NCBI GenBank assembly: GCA_045594045.1 | Contig: JAZNXV010000008.1 | Coordinates: forward strand, 6,649-70,648 | From: Clostridia bacterium | GTDB taxonomy: Bacteria > Bacillota > Clostridia > Christensenellales > QALW01 | Direction: 5' to 3' | DNA: 64,000 nucleotides | Shown: one piece after another, positions 18,817-29,317 of the stretch | How positions within the stretch are numbered: position 1 is the first letter of the stretch | How the letters are laid out: each line of letters opens with the position of its first letter | Translations under genes and position numbers: made by a program | The notes under the pieces: generated by a model | What the model saw: the letters and a program-made list of their open reading frames with translations, nothing else | What the model was told of the DNA's origin: nothing | Database searches by the model: none

Positions 18817-20628
18817 ATGGGAATTTTTGAAATTTTGACACTTGTATGCGGCTTGGCTTTGTTCTTGTACGGAATGGACGTTATGGGAACGGGACTCAAA
18901 AAAAGCGCGGGCAGAAAGCTTAAAACAATTCTTGGCAAATTAACGTCAAGCAAGATAAAAGGCTTTTTGTTAGGACTTGGTGTTACTGCTATTATTCAGT
19001 CTTCCTCGGCTACAACAGTAATGGTAGTAGGCTTTGTTAACTCAGGTACTATGTTGCTTGCCCAAGCCATAAGCGTTATTATGGGCGCAAACGTTGGTAC
19101 GGCAGTTACTGCCTGGCTTACTGCGCTTAACGGCATAGAGGGCGGCGCAGGCGCTACTGCGTGGCTTAACTACTTAAAGCCTGATGCCTGGATGCCTATT
19201 CTTGCACTTGCCGGCATCTGCCTGATAATGTTCGCAAAAAAGGACAAGAAAAAGGATATGGGCTCAGTTTTAATGGGCTTTGCCGTTTTAATGGTAGGTA
19301 TGTCCCTTATGTCCGATGCGGTTGCGGGGCTTAAGGACAATAAAGAATTTACGGAAATTCTAATTCTTTTTAACAATCCCCTTTTCGGCGTTCTTGCGGG
19401 AACTGTCTTAACGGCTATTGTACAGTCATCGTCAGCCTCTATTGGTATTCTGCAAGCATTATCCGTTACGGGAGCAATTTCCTTCGGCACGGCAATACCT
19501 ATTATATTAGGTCAGAACATCGGTACTTGCGTTACGGCGATGATTTCTTCAATCGGCGCCAACAAAAACGGTAAACGCACGGCTGTCGCGCACCTTTATT
19601 TCAATATAATCGGCGTTGTGTTCTGGCTTTTAATGTACTATATAGTAGGCGCAATTTTAAGTGCTGCAAACGTCGTAGATATTTTTGCTATTGCAAACAA
19701 CACAACAATTAATATGTGGGGTATTGCAATAGTACACACCACCTTTAAGTTCTTGGCAGTAGGCCTTATGTGGCCCTTTACAAGTCTTCTTGAAAAGCTT
19801 GCGGTTGCTACAGTTAAGGGCGACGATAAAAAGGGTGACGAGTTTACGGCAATGCTTGACGACCGTCTGTTAGAAACACCTTCCGTTGCCATTGAAAATG
19901 CAAGGCTCGTAATCTGCCAAATGAGTCAACTTGCTACGGGCTCCTTGAAAAAGGCGTTAGGTCTTTTGGAAAAATTCGACCCCAAGGTTGCTGAAGAGAT
20001 TGAAGCGGAAGAGGAAAAGGTTGATATTTATGAGGACGAGCTTGGCTCGTATCTTGTAAAGCTTTCTGCAAAGCCTATGACGGAAAGCGAAAGCGTTGAG
20101 GTTACAAAATTCCTTCATATGATAGGTGATTTCGAAAGAATTTCCGACCATGCGGTTAACGTAATGGAATCTGCGGCGGAAATCCAGGAAAAGGATACAG
20201 GCTTCTCTGAGTATGCCAACGTGGACCTTGACAAAATGCGCGATGCGGTTAACGAAATTGTTGATATTACTCAGGAAGCATTTATTGAAACCGATTTTGA
20301 AAAGGCTTCTTTGGTAGAGCCTCTTGAGCAGGTTATTGACGGTCTTCGTGACCAGATTAAGCTTCGTCATACTTTAAGGCTTCAAAAGAATCTTTGCTCA
20401 ATAGAATTAGGTTTTATTTTATCCGATATTTTGACCAATTTGGAGCGCGTTTCCGACCATTGCTCAAATATCGCAGGCTGTTTAATTGAAATGGCACGTA
20501 ACGAAAAACTTGATATTCATAACTACTTGCACGAGGTTAAGCAGGAAAATAAAGAGTTTAAAGCAAAGTTTGGCGAATATGCGAAAAAATATGCTCTTGA
20601 AAAATTTTCTTTGGACGAAATAAATTAA
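18817..20628 (+). CDS. Na/Pi cotransporter family protein with C-terminal PhoU-like domain
   Basis: 603 aa; duplicated QSSSAT / QSSSAS transporter motifs; cytoplasmic PhoU-like helical repeats with ERISDH / ERVSDH. Confidence 0.8.
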   Translation: MGIFEILTLVCGLALFLYGMDVMGTGLKKSAGRKLKTILGKLTSSKIKGFLLGLGVTAIIQSSSATTVMVVGFVNSGTMLLAQAISVIMGANVGTAVTAWLTALNGIEGGAGATAWLNYLKPDAWMPILALAGICLIMFAKKDKKKDMGSVLMGFAVLMVGMSLMSDAVAGLKDNKEFTEILILFNNPLFGVLAGTVLTAIVQSSSASIGILQALSVTGAISFGTAIPIILGQNIGTCVTAMISSIGANKNGKRTAVAHLYFNIIGVVFWLLMYYIVGAILSAANVVDIFAIANNTTINMWGIAIVHTTFKFLAVGLMWPFTSLLEKLAVATVKGDDKKGDEFTAMLDDRLLETPSVAIENARLVICQMSQLATGSLKKALGLLEKFDPKVAEEIEAEEEKVDIYEDELGSYLVKLSAKPMTESESVEVTKFLHMIGDFERISDHAVNVMESAAEIQEKDTGFSEYANVDLDKMRDAVNEIVDITQEAFIETDFEKASLVEPLEQVIDGLRDQIKLRHTLRLQKNLCSIELGFILSDILTNLERVSDHCSNIAGCLIEMARNEKLDIHNYLHEVKQENKEFKAKFGEYAKKYALEKFSLDEIN

Positions 20629-20654
20629 AAACTAAAAGAATAATTTATACAAAT

Positions 20655-20692
20655 AACGAAAGCACGCTCTTCAGCGTGCTTTCGTTATTTTG
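20655..20692 (+). terminator. Rho-independent terminator
   Basis: 14-bp perfect stem AACGAAAGCACGCT / AGCGTGCTTTCGTT followed by ATTTT. Confidence 0.8.
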
Positions 20693-20786
20693 GTGAGCAT
20701 AGATAAAAATGCAAAAATTCGTTAAAAAAGATTTGCTTAAAAATTGATATTGTGATATGATAAAACTTATCAAATAAAAGAAGGAG

Positions 20787-22874
20787 ATGAAAAAGGTGGA
20801 TTACATTCCATTTTTTGTCTTAGGAACGGCTGTTTTAGCATTGCTTTTTGCGTGCTATAAGTTTTTCCAGGTTAAAAAGATGCCTGAAGGAACGGAAAAA
20901 ATGGCAGCAATTTCCGCAAAAATCCGTAAAGGCGCTATGGCATATTTAAAGCGTCAATACAAAACGGTAGGCATTTTCTTTGCCGTAATGTTTGTAGTGC
21001 TTATCGTTTGTGCTGTATTTAAAATTGTTTCACCCTTCGTTCCCGTTGCTTTCTTAACGGGCGGCTTATTCTCGGGCATATCGGGTTTTGTAGGTATGAA
21101 GATAGCTACCTATGCCAATAGCCGTACTGCGAACGGTGCACAGCAAGGTCTTAACAAGGGCTTGAAGATTGCATTTTCTTCCGGCACTGTTATGGGCATG
21201 ACAGTTGTAGGCTTAGGTCTTTTGGACGTTAGCCTTTGGTTTATTTTGTTAAAATACGTATTTCTTCTTCCTGTTGAAGAAATTACGGCCACAATGCTCA
21301 CCTTTGGTATGGGCGCCAGCTCTATGGCACTTTTTGCCCGTGTAGGCGGTGGCATTTTCACAAAGGCGGCTGACGTTGGTGCTGACCTTGTAGGTAAGGT
21401 TGAAGCAGGTATCCCTGAGGACGACCCAAGAAACCCCGCTTGTATTGCCGATAACGTAGGCGATAACGTAGGCGACGTTGCAGGTATGGGTGCCGACTTG
21501 TACGAATCGTACGTTGGTGCAGTAATATCCTGTGCTTCTTTAGCTGTTACGGCAGGAATGGGTATTCGCGGTGTGCTTCTACCCATGCTTATTATGGCAA
21601 TAGGTATAATCGCTTCAATCGTTTCAACCTTCTTTATTTCAACAAAGGAAGGCGCAACGCAAAAGCAGCTTTTAGGCTCTCTCAGAAAGGGTACTTATTC
21701 TGCGGCAATTATTGCAACTGTTGTAACCTTTGTTGCCGTTTGTGTTTTGTTCCCTCAGCATATTGAGCTTTTCGGTTCAATTATTTCAGGTCTTGTAGCA
21801 GGTGTTTTAATCGGATACTTTACTGAATACTATACCTCTGATACATATAAGCCCACTAAGAAGCTTTCCGGCTCTGCCCAAACAGGTAGCGCAACCGTTA
21901 TTATTGACGGTATTGCTTTGGGTATGCGTTCAACGGCAATTCCCGTAATCATTGTTGGCATTTCCGTTATCATAAGCTATTTCTGCGCAGGAGGAAACGT
22001 ATCCTTTGTATCGGGTCTTTACGGCGTAGGTCTTTCGGCAGTAGGTATGCTTTCAACCTTAGGCATAACTCTTGCAACCGATGCTTACGGTCCCGTTGCA
22101 GATAACGCAGGCGGTATAGCTCAAATGAGCGGTCTTGACGAAGAGGTTCGTGAGCGCACAGATGCTCTTGATTCTTTGGGTAACACTACTGCGGCAACAG
22201 GAAAGGGCTTTGCTATCGGCTCGGCAGCACTTACGGCTCTTGCGTTAATCGTTTCATATACGGACGAAATCAACGCAATCAATCCTCAAATGTTGAATTT
22301 AAGCATAACGAATCCCGCTGTTTTAATAGGCTTATTTATAGGCGCTATGTTGCCCTTCCTGTTCTCTGCAATGACTATGCAGGCAGTAGGCCGTGCGGCG
22401 CAGAAAATCGTTGTAGAGGTTAGAAGACAGTTTAAAGAGATAACAGGTCTTATGGAAGGCAAGGCGGAAGCCGATTACGAAACCTGCGTTGATATATGCA
22501 CAAAGTCTTCCTTAAAGGAAATGATTGCTCCTGCTTCCTTAGGCGTGCTTTCGCCCATTGTAGTAGGTCTTGTGCTTGGCGCAAACGGTGTTGTAGGCAT
22601 GCTCGCGGGCGCTCTTGTTTCGGGCTTTGTATTGGCAGTTATGATGTCAAACTCCGGCGGCGCTTGGGATAACGCAAAGAAGTATATCGAAGCCGATAAC
22701 TTTGGCGGCAAAGGCTCCGAAAGTCATAAGGCGGCAGTTGTTGGCGATACGGTAGGCGACCCCTTTAAAGATACTGCAGGGCCCTCGGTTAACATTTTAA
22801 TCAAGCTCTTGTCAATGGTATCCATCGTGTTTGCCACAATCGTTGTTTCTTACGGCGGAATGGGACTTTTCTGA
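20787..22874 (+). CDS. hppA: Membrane-integral pyrophosphatase, K+-dependent type
   Basis: 695 aa polytopic; DNVGDNVGD motifs; GNTTAATGKG (Ala at the K+-dependence position). Start could instead be the GTG 9 nt downstream. Confidence 0.9.
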   Translation: MKKVDYIPFFVLGTAVLALLFACYKFFQVKKMPEGTEKMAAISAKIRKGAMAYLKRQYKTVGIFFAVMFVVLIVCAVFKIVSPFVPVAFLTGGLFSGISGFVGMKIATYANSRTANGAQQGLNKGLKIAFSSGTVMGMTVVGLGLLDVSLWFILLKYVFLLPVEEITATMLTFGMGASSMALFARVGGGIFTKAADVGADLVGKVEAGIPEDDPRNPACIADNVGDNVGDVAGMGADLYESYVGAVISCASLAVTAGMGIRGVLLPMLIMAIGIIASIVSTFFISTKEGATQKQLLGSLRKGTYSAAIIATVVTFVAVCVLFPQHIELFGSIISGLVAGVLIGYFTEYYTSDTYKPTKKLSGSAQTGSATVIIDGIALGMRSTAIPVIIVGISVIISYFCAGGNVSFVSGLYGVGLSAVGMLSTLGITLATDAYGPVADNAGGIAQMSGLDEEVRERTDALDSLGNTTAATGKGFAIGSAALTALALIVSYTDEINAINPQMLNLSITNPAVLIGLFIGAMLPFLFSAMTMQAVGRAAQKIVVEVRRQFKEITGLMEGKAEADYETCVDICTKSSLKEMIAPASLGVLSPIVVGLVLGANGVVGMLAGALVSGFVLAVMMSNSGGAWDNAKKYIEADNFGGKGSESHKAAVVGDTVGDPFKDTAGPSVNILIKLLSMVSIVFATIVVSYGGMGLF

Positions 22875-22885
22875 TAATATGAACA

Positions 22886-22930
22886 AAAAAACACGGATAG
22901 CTTTTGAGCAACCGTGTTTTTGTTTTTTGA
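22886..22930. terminator. Bidirectional terminator between hppA and lplA
   Basis: AAACACGG..CCGTGTTT hairpin flanked by A- and T-runs. Confidence 0.6.
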
Positions 22931-22949
22931 AATTTTAAGCACTGTTTTT

Positions 22950-23927
22950 TTAATTTAAAACAGTTGCAATTAATGCAAAAATATCCCTTGATATATTTTG
23001 GGGAAATACGCTGTCTAACGCCAAGCGAAGTTCTTGATGATTAAAGCGAACGTTGTTAAGTGCACTGTCAAGTTTTTTAGGCAGGGTAATGTCCATAGAG
23101 TCAGTAAAAGCCTGCACCTTAATAATATGTCCGTCTTTTACTTCAAGTCCCAGAGAAATATGCCCCCACTCAAAGCTGTTTTCCAAGGAAATACTGCAGG
23201 GAATGGGAGAAGAAAATAAATAATTCCAGCTACCGTATTCTTGTGCAAGAATACGGTTTTCTTCTTTGTTGAGGAAAGAGATTTCTGTTGCGGGCAAAGA
23301 GTATATACGGCTAAAAGCATAGAGCATATATTGGCGCATTTTTTCAATCGTTAAGGTATTGTTAAGCTCGCACAGGTTAATTACTCTTGAACGTACGGAT
23401 TTAATTCCCTTGCTTTCAAGCTTTGCCTTGGGCGGAGTCAAATATTCAGTCATTTTTTCCTTGTCTGCCGAAAGCAAAATTGTACCGTGATGATAGCTTG
23501 TGCCGCCCGAAGAATAAAAGGCGTTGCCCGAAAACTTTTTGCCTTGGGTTAAAATATCGTTGCGCCCGGAAAGCTCGGCTTCAATGCCCGCAAGAGCGCA
23601 GGCTTTTTTTAGCACAAGCATCTGTTTTTGTAAATCGTAATTGGTATTTTTTGCTATAAAGGTAAAGTTTAAGTTGCCTACGTCGTGAAAAACAGCACCG
23701 CCGCCCGAAAGACGCCGTGCAATTAAAACGTTATTGCTTTTTGCAAGGTCAACCCTGCATTCAACCCAAGGGTTTTGGTTACGCCCTATAACGATGGTGT
23801 TTTCGTTTTGCCAAAGATAGAGAATAACCGTGTCATCGTCTGCAAGGTCAAACAATTGTTTTTCGGTTGCAAGGTTTTCGTAAGGGTTAAGGCTTGTTGA
23901 AATATAAAATTGCAGGTTTTTTATCAT
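22950..23927 (-). CDS. lplA: Lipoate-protein ligase
   Basis: 325 aa; LplA-type motifs (RRLSGGGAVFHD, GKKFSGNA) and a C-terminal accessory domain. Confidence 0.85.
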   Translation of the reverse strand: MIKNLQFYISTSLNPYENLATEKQLFDLADDDTVILYLWQNENTIVIGRNQNPWVECRVDLAKSNNVLIARRLSGGGAVFHDVGNLNFTFIAKNTNYDLQKQMLVLKKACALAGIEAELSGRNDILTQGKKFSGNAFYSSGGTSYHHGTILLSADKEKMTEYLTPPKAKLESKGIKSVRSRVINLCELNNTLTIEKMRQYMLYAFSRIYSLPATEISFLNKEENRILAQEYGSWNYLFSSPIPCSISLENSFEWGHISLGLEVKDGHIIKVQAFTDSMDITLPKKLDSALNNVRFNHQELRLALDSVFPQNISRDIFALIATVLN

Positions 23928-24120
23928 ATAATCACCAAGAATATTTTACCTTAATAAAAGCAAACCGTCAATGGCTTTAGGCGTGATGTGCGCATTACAG
24001 TTGCTCTTAAAGGGGCAGTTAAGCCAAAAATACACAAAACAAAGAAAAACAGAGCCGTTTTACAAAACTTACGAATCTCTTTCGCTATGATTTCGAATAG
24101 CTTTCGCAACTAAAAACATA

Positions 24121-24148
24121 TTGACTTTTTATGCGTGAGTGGTATAAT
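24121..24148 (+). promoter_or_regulatory. Sigma-A type promoter of the E2-E3-E1 operon
   Basis: TTGACT, 16-nt spacer, TATAAT, with TGG extended -10. Confidence 0.6.
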
Positions 24149-24185
24149 TAAATATATCATTATTTCACTATAAGGGGGAATTATT

Positions 24186-25439
24186 TTGGCAAAGGCTGTA
24201 ATTATGCCCAAGGCCGGTATAACTGTTGAAAGCTGTATCATCGGTACGTGGGAAAAAAAGGTCGGCGATACTGTAAAAGTAGGTGATATTCTCTTTACGT
24301 ATGAAACCGACAAAGCAAGCTTTGAATGTGAATCAACAGAGGAAGGAACTCTTCTTGAAATCTTCTTTAACGATGGTGATGAAGTTCCTTGCCTTGTAAA
24401 CGTTTGCGCAATAGGCGCGCAGGGTGATGATTGCTCTGCACTTCGTCCTGATGGCGCTTCTCAAGATGCACCCGCTCAGACAGAAGCACCTAAGGAAGAA
24501 AAAGCTCAAGAGGTTAAGGCAGTAGCGCCTCAAACGGCTGAATCAACAGCAGTTAGCGGTACGGCTATTTCGCCCAGAGCCAAAAAGCTGGCAGAGCGCG
24601 CAGGGGTAGATGCTGAAAATGCTGTTCCTACAGGACCTAACGGCAGAATTATTGAGCGTGACGTCAGAAGCTTGATTGATAATCCTGCGGTTGCTGTTCA
24701 AAAAGCTCCCGCGGCAACAAGCGAAAACGTAATTATCGGTGACGAAGAATATACTGACGTTAAGTTCTCCGGTATCCGCCGTGCAATAAGCAAGTCCATG
24801 AGCACTTCGCTTTCAACAATGGCACAGCTTACCCACAATTCGTCCTTCGACGCAACTGCTATTTTGAATTACAGAAAACAGTTAAAGGCTTCCGAGGGCG
24901 AAAGTGCAGGTATTACCTTGGGCGATATGGTTCTTTATGCTGTTTCAAGAACACTTTTAAATCACCCCGATCTTAACGCTCATATGCTTGACGATAATAA
25001 CATCAGGCTCTTTAAGCACGTTAACTTGGGCGTTGCTATTGATACGCCCCGCGGTCTTATGGTTCCCACTATTTTCCATGCTGAAGAAAAGAGCTTGCTT
25101 CAGATTTCCAGAGAGGTTAAGGAGCTTGCCGCTCAGTGCAGAGAGGGCAACATCAGCCCCGATAAACTTACGGGCGCAACCTTTACCGTTTCTAACTTAG
25201 GCAATTTGGGTGTTGAATCCTTTACTCCCGTTATCAATCCGCCTCAGACGGGCATCTTAGGCGTTTGTGCCGCAGTTGACAGAGTTAAGAAAGGCGCAAA
25301 CGGTGAAATTGCAATTTATCCTGCAATGACCTTGAGTCTTACCTACGACCACAGAGCTGTTGACGGCGCACCTGCATCAAGATGCTTGAGAGATTTCTGC
25401 AAGGCACTTGAAAGCTTTACCGTTCTTCTTGCAAAATAA
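24186..25439 (+). CDS. Dihydrolipoamide acyltransferase (E2)
   Basis: TTG start after AAGGGGG; lipoyl-Lys motif ETDKA; Ala/Pro linker; subunit-binding domain ISPRAKKLAERAGVD; catalytic DHRAVDG. Confidence 0.85.
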   Translation: MAKAVIMPKAGITVESCIIGTWEKKVGDTVKVGDILFTYETDKASFECESTEEGTLLEIFFNDGDEVPCLVNVCAIGAQGDDCSALRPDGASQDAPAQTEAPKEEKAQEVKAVAPQTAESTAVSGTAISPRAKKLAERAGVDAENAVPTGPNGRIIERDVRSLIDNPAVAVQKAPAATSENVIIGDEEYTDVKFSGIRRAISKSMSTSLSTMAQLTHNSSFDATAILNYRKQLKASEGESAGITLGDMVLYAVSRTLLNHPDLNAHMLDDNNIRLFKHVNLGVAIDTPRGLMVPTIFHAEEKSLLQISREVKELAAQCREGNISPDKLTGATFTVSNLGNLGVESFTPVINPPQTGILGVCAAVDRVKKGANGEIAIYPAMTLSLTYDHRAVDGAPASRCLRDFCKALESFTVLLAK

Positions 25440-25453
25440 GGGGGCTAAAGAAA

Positions 25454-26821
25454 ATGGAAATTTTTGATTTATTGGTTTTAGGCGGCGGCCCCGGCGGATA
25501 TCTTTGTGCCGAGCGCGCGGCTCAAAACGGTATGAAGGTAGCGGTTTTTGAAAAGAAGGCTCTTGGCGGCACTTGCTTGAACGAAGGCTGCATTCCCACA
25601 AAAACACTTTTAAATTCATCTAAAATGTACCGTCACGCAAAAGAGAGCGAAGCTTTCGGCGTAACGGCAGAAAACGTTAAATATGACCACGCAAAAGTAA
25701 TTGACCGTAAAAACAAGGTAGTTGCAACGCTCGTTTCGGGTGTTGGCGCTACTATGAAAGCAAATAAGGTCACCGTTGTTTCCGCTTCCGCTTGCGTTAA
25801 AGGCAAGGGTGAAGAGGGCTTCCTTGTTGAAGCTGACGGAAACGTTTATGCAGGTAAAAAATTAGTTATTGCTTCAGGATCTGAAACGGTTGTTCCCCCT
25901 GTTCCGGGATTAAAGGAAGGCTTAGATGCAGGCTTTGTTGTAACAAACAGAGAAGTGCTTGACGAAAAAACGCTTCCCAAGCACGTAGCAGTAATCGGCG
26001 GCGGCGTAATCGGTCTTGAAATGGCTTATTACTTTGCAAGCGTTGGCGTAAAGGTTACCGTTATTGAAATGATGCCTAAAATCGCAGGCGCAACCGACCC
26101 TGAAATTTGCAAGGTGCTCACCGATGCCTTTACTAAAAAGGGTATGGAATTCAAGCTTTCCTGCAAGGTTCTTGAGGTTAAGAAAAATAGCATTATCTAT
26201 GAAGATAAGGGCGAAAAGATTGAGCTTGAGTGCGACAAGGTGCTTCTTTCTGCAGGCAGAAAGCCTTCTACTGCAAACATAGGTCTTGAAACGCTTCAGC
26301 TTGATATGGACAGAGCCGCTATAAAGACGGACCGTCATCTTTGCACAAACGTTTCGGGCGTTTACGCAATAGGCGACTGCAACGGCAAACTTATGCTTGC
26401 CCACACCGCTTACCGCGAGGCAGAGGTTGCAGTAAACCATATGATTGGAAAGCCCGACGAAATGCGTTATGACGTTATACCGTCCGTTATTTACACCGAC
26501 CCTGAGGTTGCAAGCGTAGGCTACAGCCTTGAGGGCGCAAAGGAAAAGGGAATGAACGCAAAAGAGGTTAAGCTACCCCTTTCTTATGCAGGAAGATATT
26601 TAGCCGAAACCGAAGGCGGAAAAGGCTTTATTAAACTTGTTGTTGACCTTGATAAAAACCGTCTTGTAGGTTGCCACATTGTAGGGTCATACGCTTCCGA
26701 AATTATTATGACTGCTACTATGATGGTGGATACCGAGCTTACGCCAAGCAGGCTTCAGAAGCTTGTTTTCCCGCATCCCACAGTTGCAGAAATTATACGA
26801 GAAGCAATTTTTCATATTTAA
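25454..26821 (+). CDS. lpdA: Dihydrolipoyl dehydrogenase (E3)
   Basis: GGGPGG FAD motif; redox disulfide GGTCLNEGCIPTK; second GGGVIGLE motif. Confidence 0.9.
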   Translation: MEIFDLLVLGGGPGGYLCAERAAQNGMKVAVFEKKALGGTCLNEGCIPTKTLLNSSKMYRHAKESEAFGVTAENVKYDHAKVIDRKNKVVATLVSGVGATMKANKVTVVSASACVKGKGEEGFLVEADGNVYAGKKLVIASGSETVVPPVPGLKEGLDAGFVVTNREVLDEKTLPKHVAVIGGGVIGLEMAYYFASVGVKVTVIEMMPKIAGATDPEICKVLTDAFTKKGMEFKLSCKVLEVKKNSIIYEDKGEKIELECDKVLLSAGRKPSTANIGLETLQLDMDRAAIKTDRHLCTNVSGVYAIGDCNGKLMLAHTAYREAEVAVNHMIGKPDEMRYDVIPSVIYTDPEVASVGYSLEGAKEKGMNAKEVKLPLSYAGRYLAETEGGKGFIKLVVDLDKNRLVGCHIVGSYASEIIMTATMMVDTELTPSRLQKLVFPHPTVAEIIREAIFHI

Positions 26822-26851
26822 AAAATAAATCCCATTTAGGAGGAAATATAT

Positions 26852-29317
26852 ATGCCAAAAAGTTTATTTGTTGACCCTATTGAAACCAGGGCAAAAGGAA
26901 AAATAACGTTTAACGATATTCCCGTTAACCAATACAACAAGACCATTAAGGAAGAGCGCAAACGCTTTAGTGATGACGATTTAGTTCGCATCTACCGCGA
27001 TATCACCGTTTTAAGAGAGTTTGAGTCAATGCTCAACCAAATTAAAACACAAGGCGTTTATAACGGTATCGAAACTACCTATCCCGGTCCTGCTCACCTT
27101 TCTATCGGTCAGGAAGCCGCTTGTGTAGGACAAGCATATCTCCTTGACCAGAATGACTTTACATTCGGTTCACACCGCAGCCACTCTGAAATTCTTGCAA
27201 AGGCACTTTCTTGCATTAACAAGCTTTCAGAAAAAGAGCTTATGACTATTATGGAAGGCTTCTTAGGCGGCTCTGCTCTCAGAGCTACTGAAAAGCTTGG
27301 CAAGGTGGAGGACGTTAAAGAGCTTGCAATCCGTTTCATTTTGTACGGAACACTCTCTGAAATTTTCGCCCGTGAAACAGGCTTCCACAAGGGTATGGGC
27401 GGCTCAATGCACGCATTCTTCCTTCCCTTTGGCATTTACCCCAACAACGCAATCGTTGGCGGTTCTGCCGCTATTGCAACAGGTGCGGCATTATTTAAAA
27501 AGGTAAACAACAAGCAAGGTATCGTAGTTTGCAACTCGGGCGACGGCTCAATGGCACGCGGTCCCGTTTGGGAAGCTATGAACTTTGCCGCTATGGACCA
27601 ATTTAAGACCCTTTGGGAAAGCCATAACGGCGGTATGCCTATTCTTTATAACGTATTCAACAACTCCTACGGTATGGGCGACCAGACCCGCGGCGAAACT
27701 ATGGGTTATGATATGCTTGCACGTATCGGCTCAGGCGTAAGCCCCACACAGTTCTATGCAGAGCGTATTGACGGCTTTAATCCCTTGGCAGTTATTGACG
27801 CTATGGAAAGAAAGCTCGAAATCCTGCGCGCAGGCGAAGGCCCCGTTATGCTTGATACTCTTACTTACCGTTATTCAGGTCACTCCACGTCTGACCAGAA
27901 TGCATACAGAACCAAGGAAGAAATTGATGCATGGCGTGAGATTGATCCTATTATCACGTATCGTAAGGGTCTTGTTGATGCAGGTGTTACTGCAGACGGC
28001 AAGCTTGAAGAAATCTTGGCTGAAACTGCAGAACGTATGACTATGATCTGCAAGGCAGCAAGCGATCCTGAAATCAGCCCCTACGTTGATTTTGTTAAGG
28101 ACCCCGCAGTTGTTGAGCGTTTAATGTTCTCAAACGAAAAGGCAGTTAAGCTTGATGACCGCGAGCCCGAAGTTAATATGCCTCTTAACGAGGTTCCTGC
28201 ATATAAGAAGCTTAAAGAAAAGGAACGTCAGCCTATTGTTGACGGTAAACCCGTTTCAAAAATGAAGCTCTTTAACCTTCGTGATGCACTTTCCGAGGTT
28301 ATTTACGACCGTTTCTATGAAGATCCCACTTTGATTGCTTACGGTGAAGACGTACGCGATTGGGGCGGCGCATTCGCAGTATATCGCGGAATGATGGACG
28401 CATTCCCACACTGCCGTTTATTTAACTCTCCTATTGCCGAAGCCGCTATTGTTGGCACAGCAGTAGGTTACGCCGTATCAGGCGGCCGCGCGCTTGTTGA
28501 GCTTATGTATGCCGACTTTATCGGTTGCGCAGGTGACGAAATCTTTAATCAGATGTCCAAGTGGCAAGCCATGTCAGCAGGCATTTTAAAGATGCCTATC
28601 GTGCTTCGTGTTTCCGTTGGTTCAAAATACGGCGCACAGCACTCACAGGATTGGACAGCACTTTGCGCCCATATCCCCGGCTTAAAGGTTTGCTTCCCCG
28701 CAACACCTTGGGAAGCTAAAGGTCTTATGGAAGCCGCACTTAACGGCACAGACCCCGTTGTATTCTTTGAAAGCCAGAGAATTTATGACGTGGGCGAGCA
28801 GTTCCACGAAGGCGGAGTACCCAAGGAGCGTTACGAAATTGAATTTGGTGACGTTAACAAGGTTCGTGACGGTAAGGACGTAACGATTATTACAATCGGT
28901 GCCGCACTTTACCGCGCAGTAGATGCCGCAAAGCAGTTGAGCGAAAAGTACGGTATGGAAGCAGATATTTTGAACCTTCACTCACTTGTACCTCTTAACT
29001 ATACAAAGATTCTTGAGTCTGTTCGTAAAACAGGCAGAGTAGTGCTTGTTTCCGATGCTTGCGCAAGAGGCTCCTTCTTGAACGACGTTGCAAAGAATAT
29101 CACCGAGCTTTGCTTTGACGATTTAGATGCACCGCCGGTAGTAGTTGGCGCACGCAACTGGATTACACCTCCCTTTGAGTTTGACGAGTTCTTCTTCCCC
29201 CAGGCAAGTTGGATTCTTGATGCAATTCACGAAAAGATTGTTCCCTTAAAGGACCACGTTGTTACTAACGGTTGCACAGAAGCTGAAGCTGAACGCAGAG
29301 CAAAACAAGGTGTATAA
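26852..29317 (+). CDS. Fused E1 alpha-beta subunit of a ThDP-dependent 2-oxoacid/acetoin dehydrogenase
   Basis: 821 aa; N-terminal half has GDG..NN ThDP motif and YRYSGHSTSD; C-terminal half is transketolase-like E1 beta. Confidence 0.8.
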   Translation: MPKSLFVDPIETRAKGKITFNDIPVNQYNKTIKEERKRFSDDDLVRIYRDITVLREFESMLNQIKTQGVYNGIETTYPGPAHLSIGQEAACVGQAYLLDQNDFTFGSHRSHSEILAKALSCINKLSEKELMTIMEGFLGGSALRATEKLGKVEDVKELAIRFILYGTLSEIFARETGFHKGMGGSMHAFFLPFGIYPNNAIVGGSAAIATGAALFKKVNNKQGIVVCNSGDGSMARGPVWEAMNFAAMDQFKTLWESHNGGMPILYNVFNNSYGMGDQTRGETMGYDMLARIGSGVSPTQFYAERIDGFNPLAVIDAMERKLEILRAGEGPVMLDTLTYRYSGHSTSDQNAYRTKEEIDAWREIDPIITYRKGLVDAGVTADGKLEEILAETAERMTMICKAASDPEISPYVDFVKDPAVVERLMFSNEKAVKLDDREPEVNMPLNEVPAYKKLKEKERQPIVDGKPVSKMKLFNLRDALSEVIYDRFYEDPTLIAYGEDVRDWGGAFAVYRGMMDAFPHCRLFNSPIAEAAIVGTAVGYAVSGGRALVELMYADFIGCAGDEIFNQMSKWQAMSAGILKMPIVLRVSVGSKYGAQHSQDWTALCAHIPGLKVCFPATPWEAKGLMEAALNGTDPVVFFESQRIYDVGEQFHEGGVPKERYEIEFGDVNKVRDGKDVTIITIGAALYRAVDAAKQLSEKYGMEADILNLHSLVPLNYTKILESVRKTGRVVLVSDACARGSFLNDVAKNITELCFDDLDAPPVVVGARNWITPPFEFDEFFFPQASWILDAIHEKIVPLKDHVVTNGCTEAEAERRAKQGV

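Noticed and set aside
19957-20370. 137-aa minus-strand ORF
   Set aside because: It is antisense within the PhoU-like part of the Na/Pi cotransporter gene.
21110-21586. 158-aa minus-strand ORF
   Set aside because: It is antisense within hppA. Its Pro/Ser/Thr-rich translation mirrors the Gly/Ala/Val-rich sense frame.
25922-26440. 172-aa minus-strand ORF
   Set aside because: It is antisense within the dihydrolipoyl dehydrogenase gene and has no independent signals.
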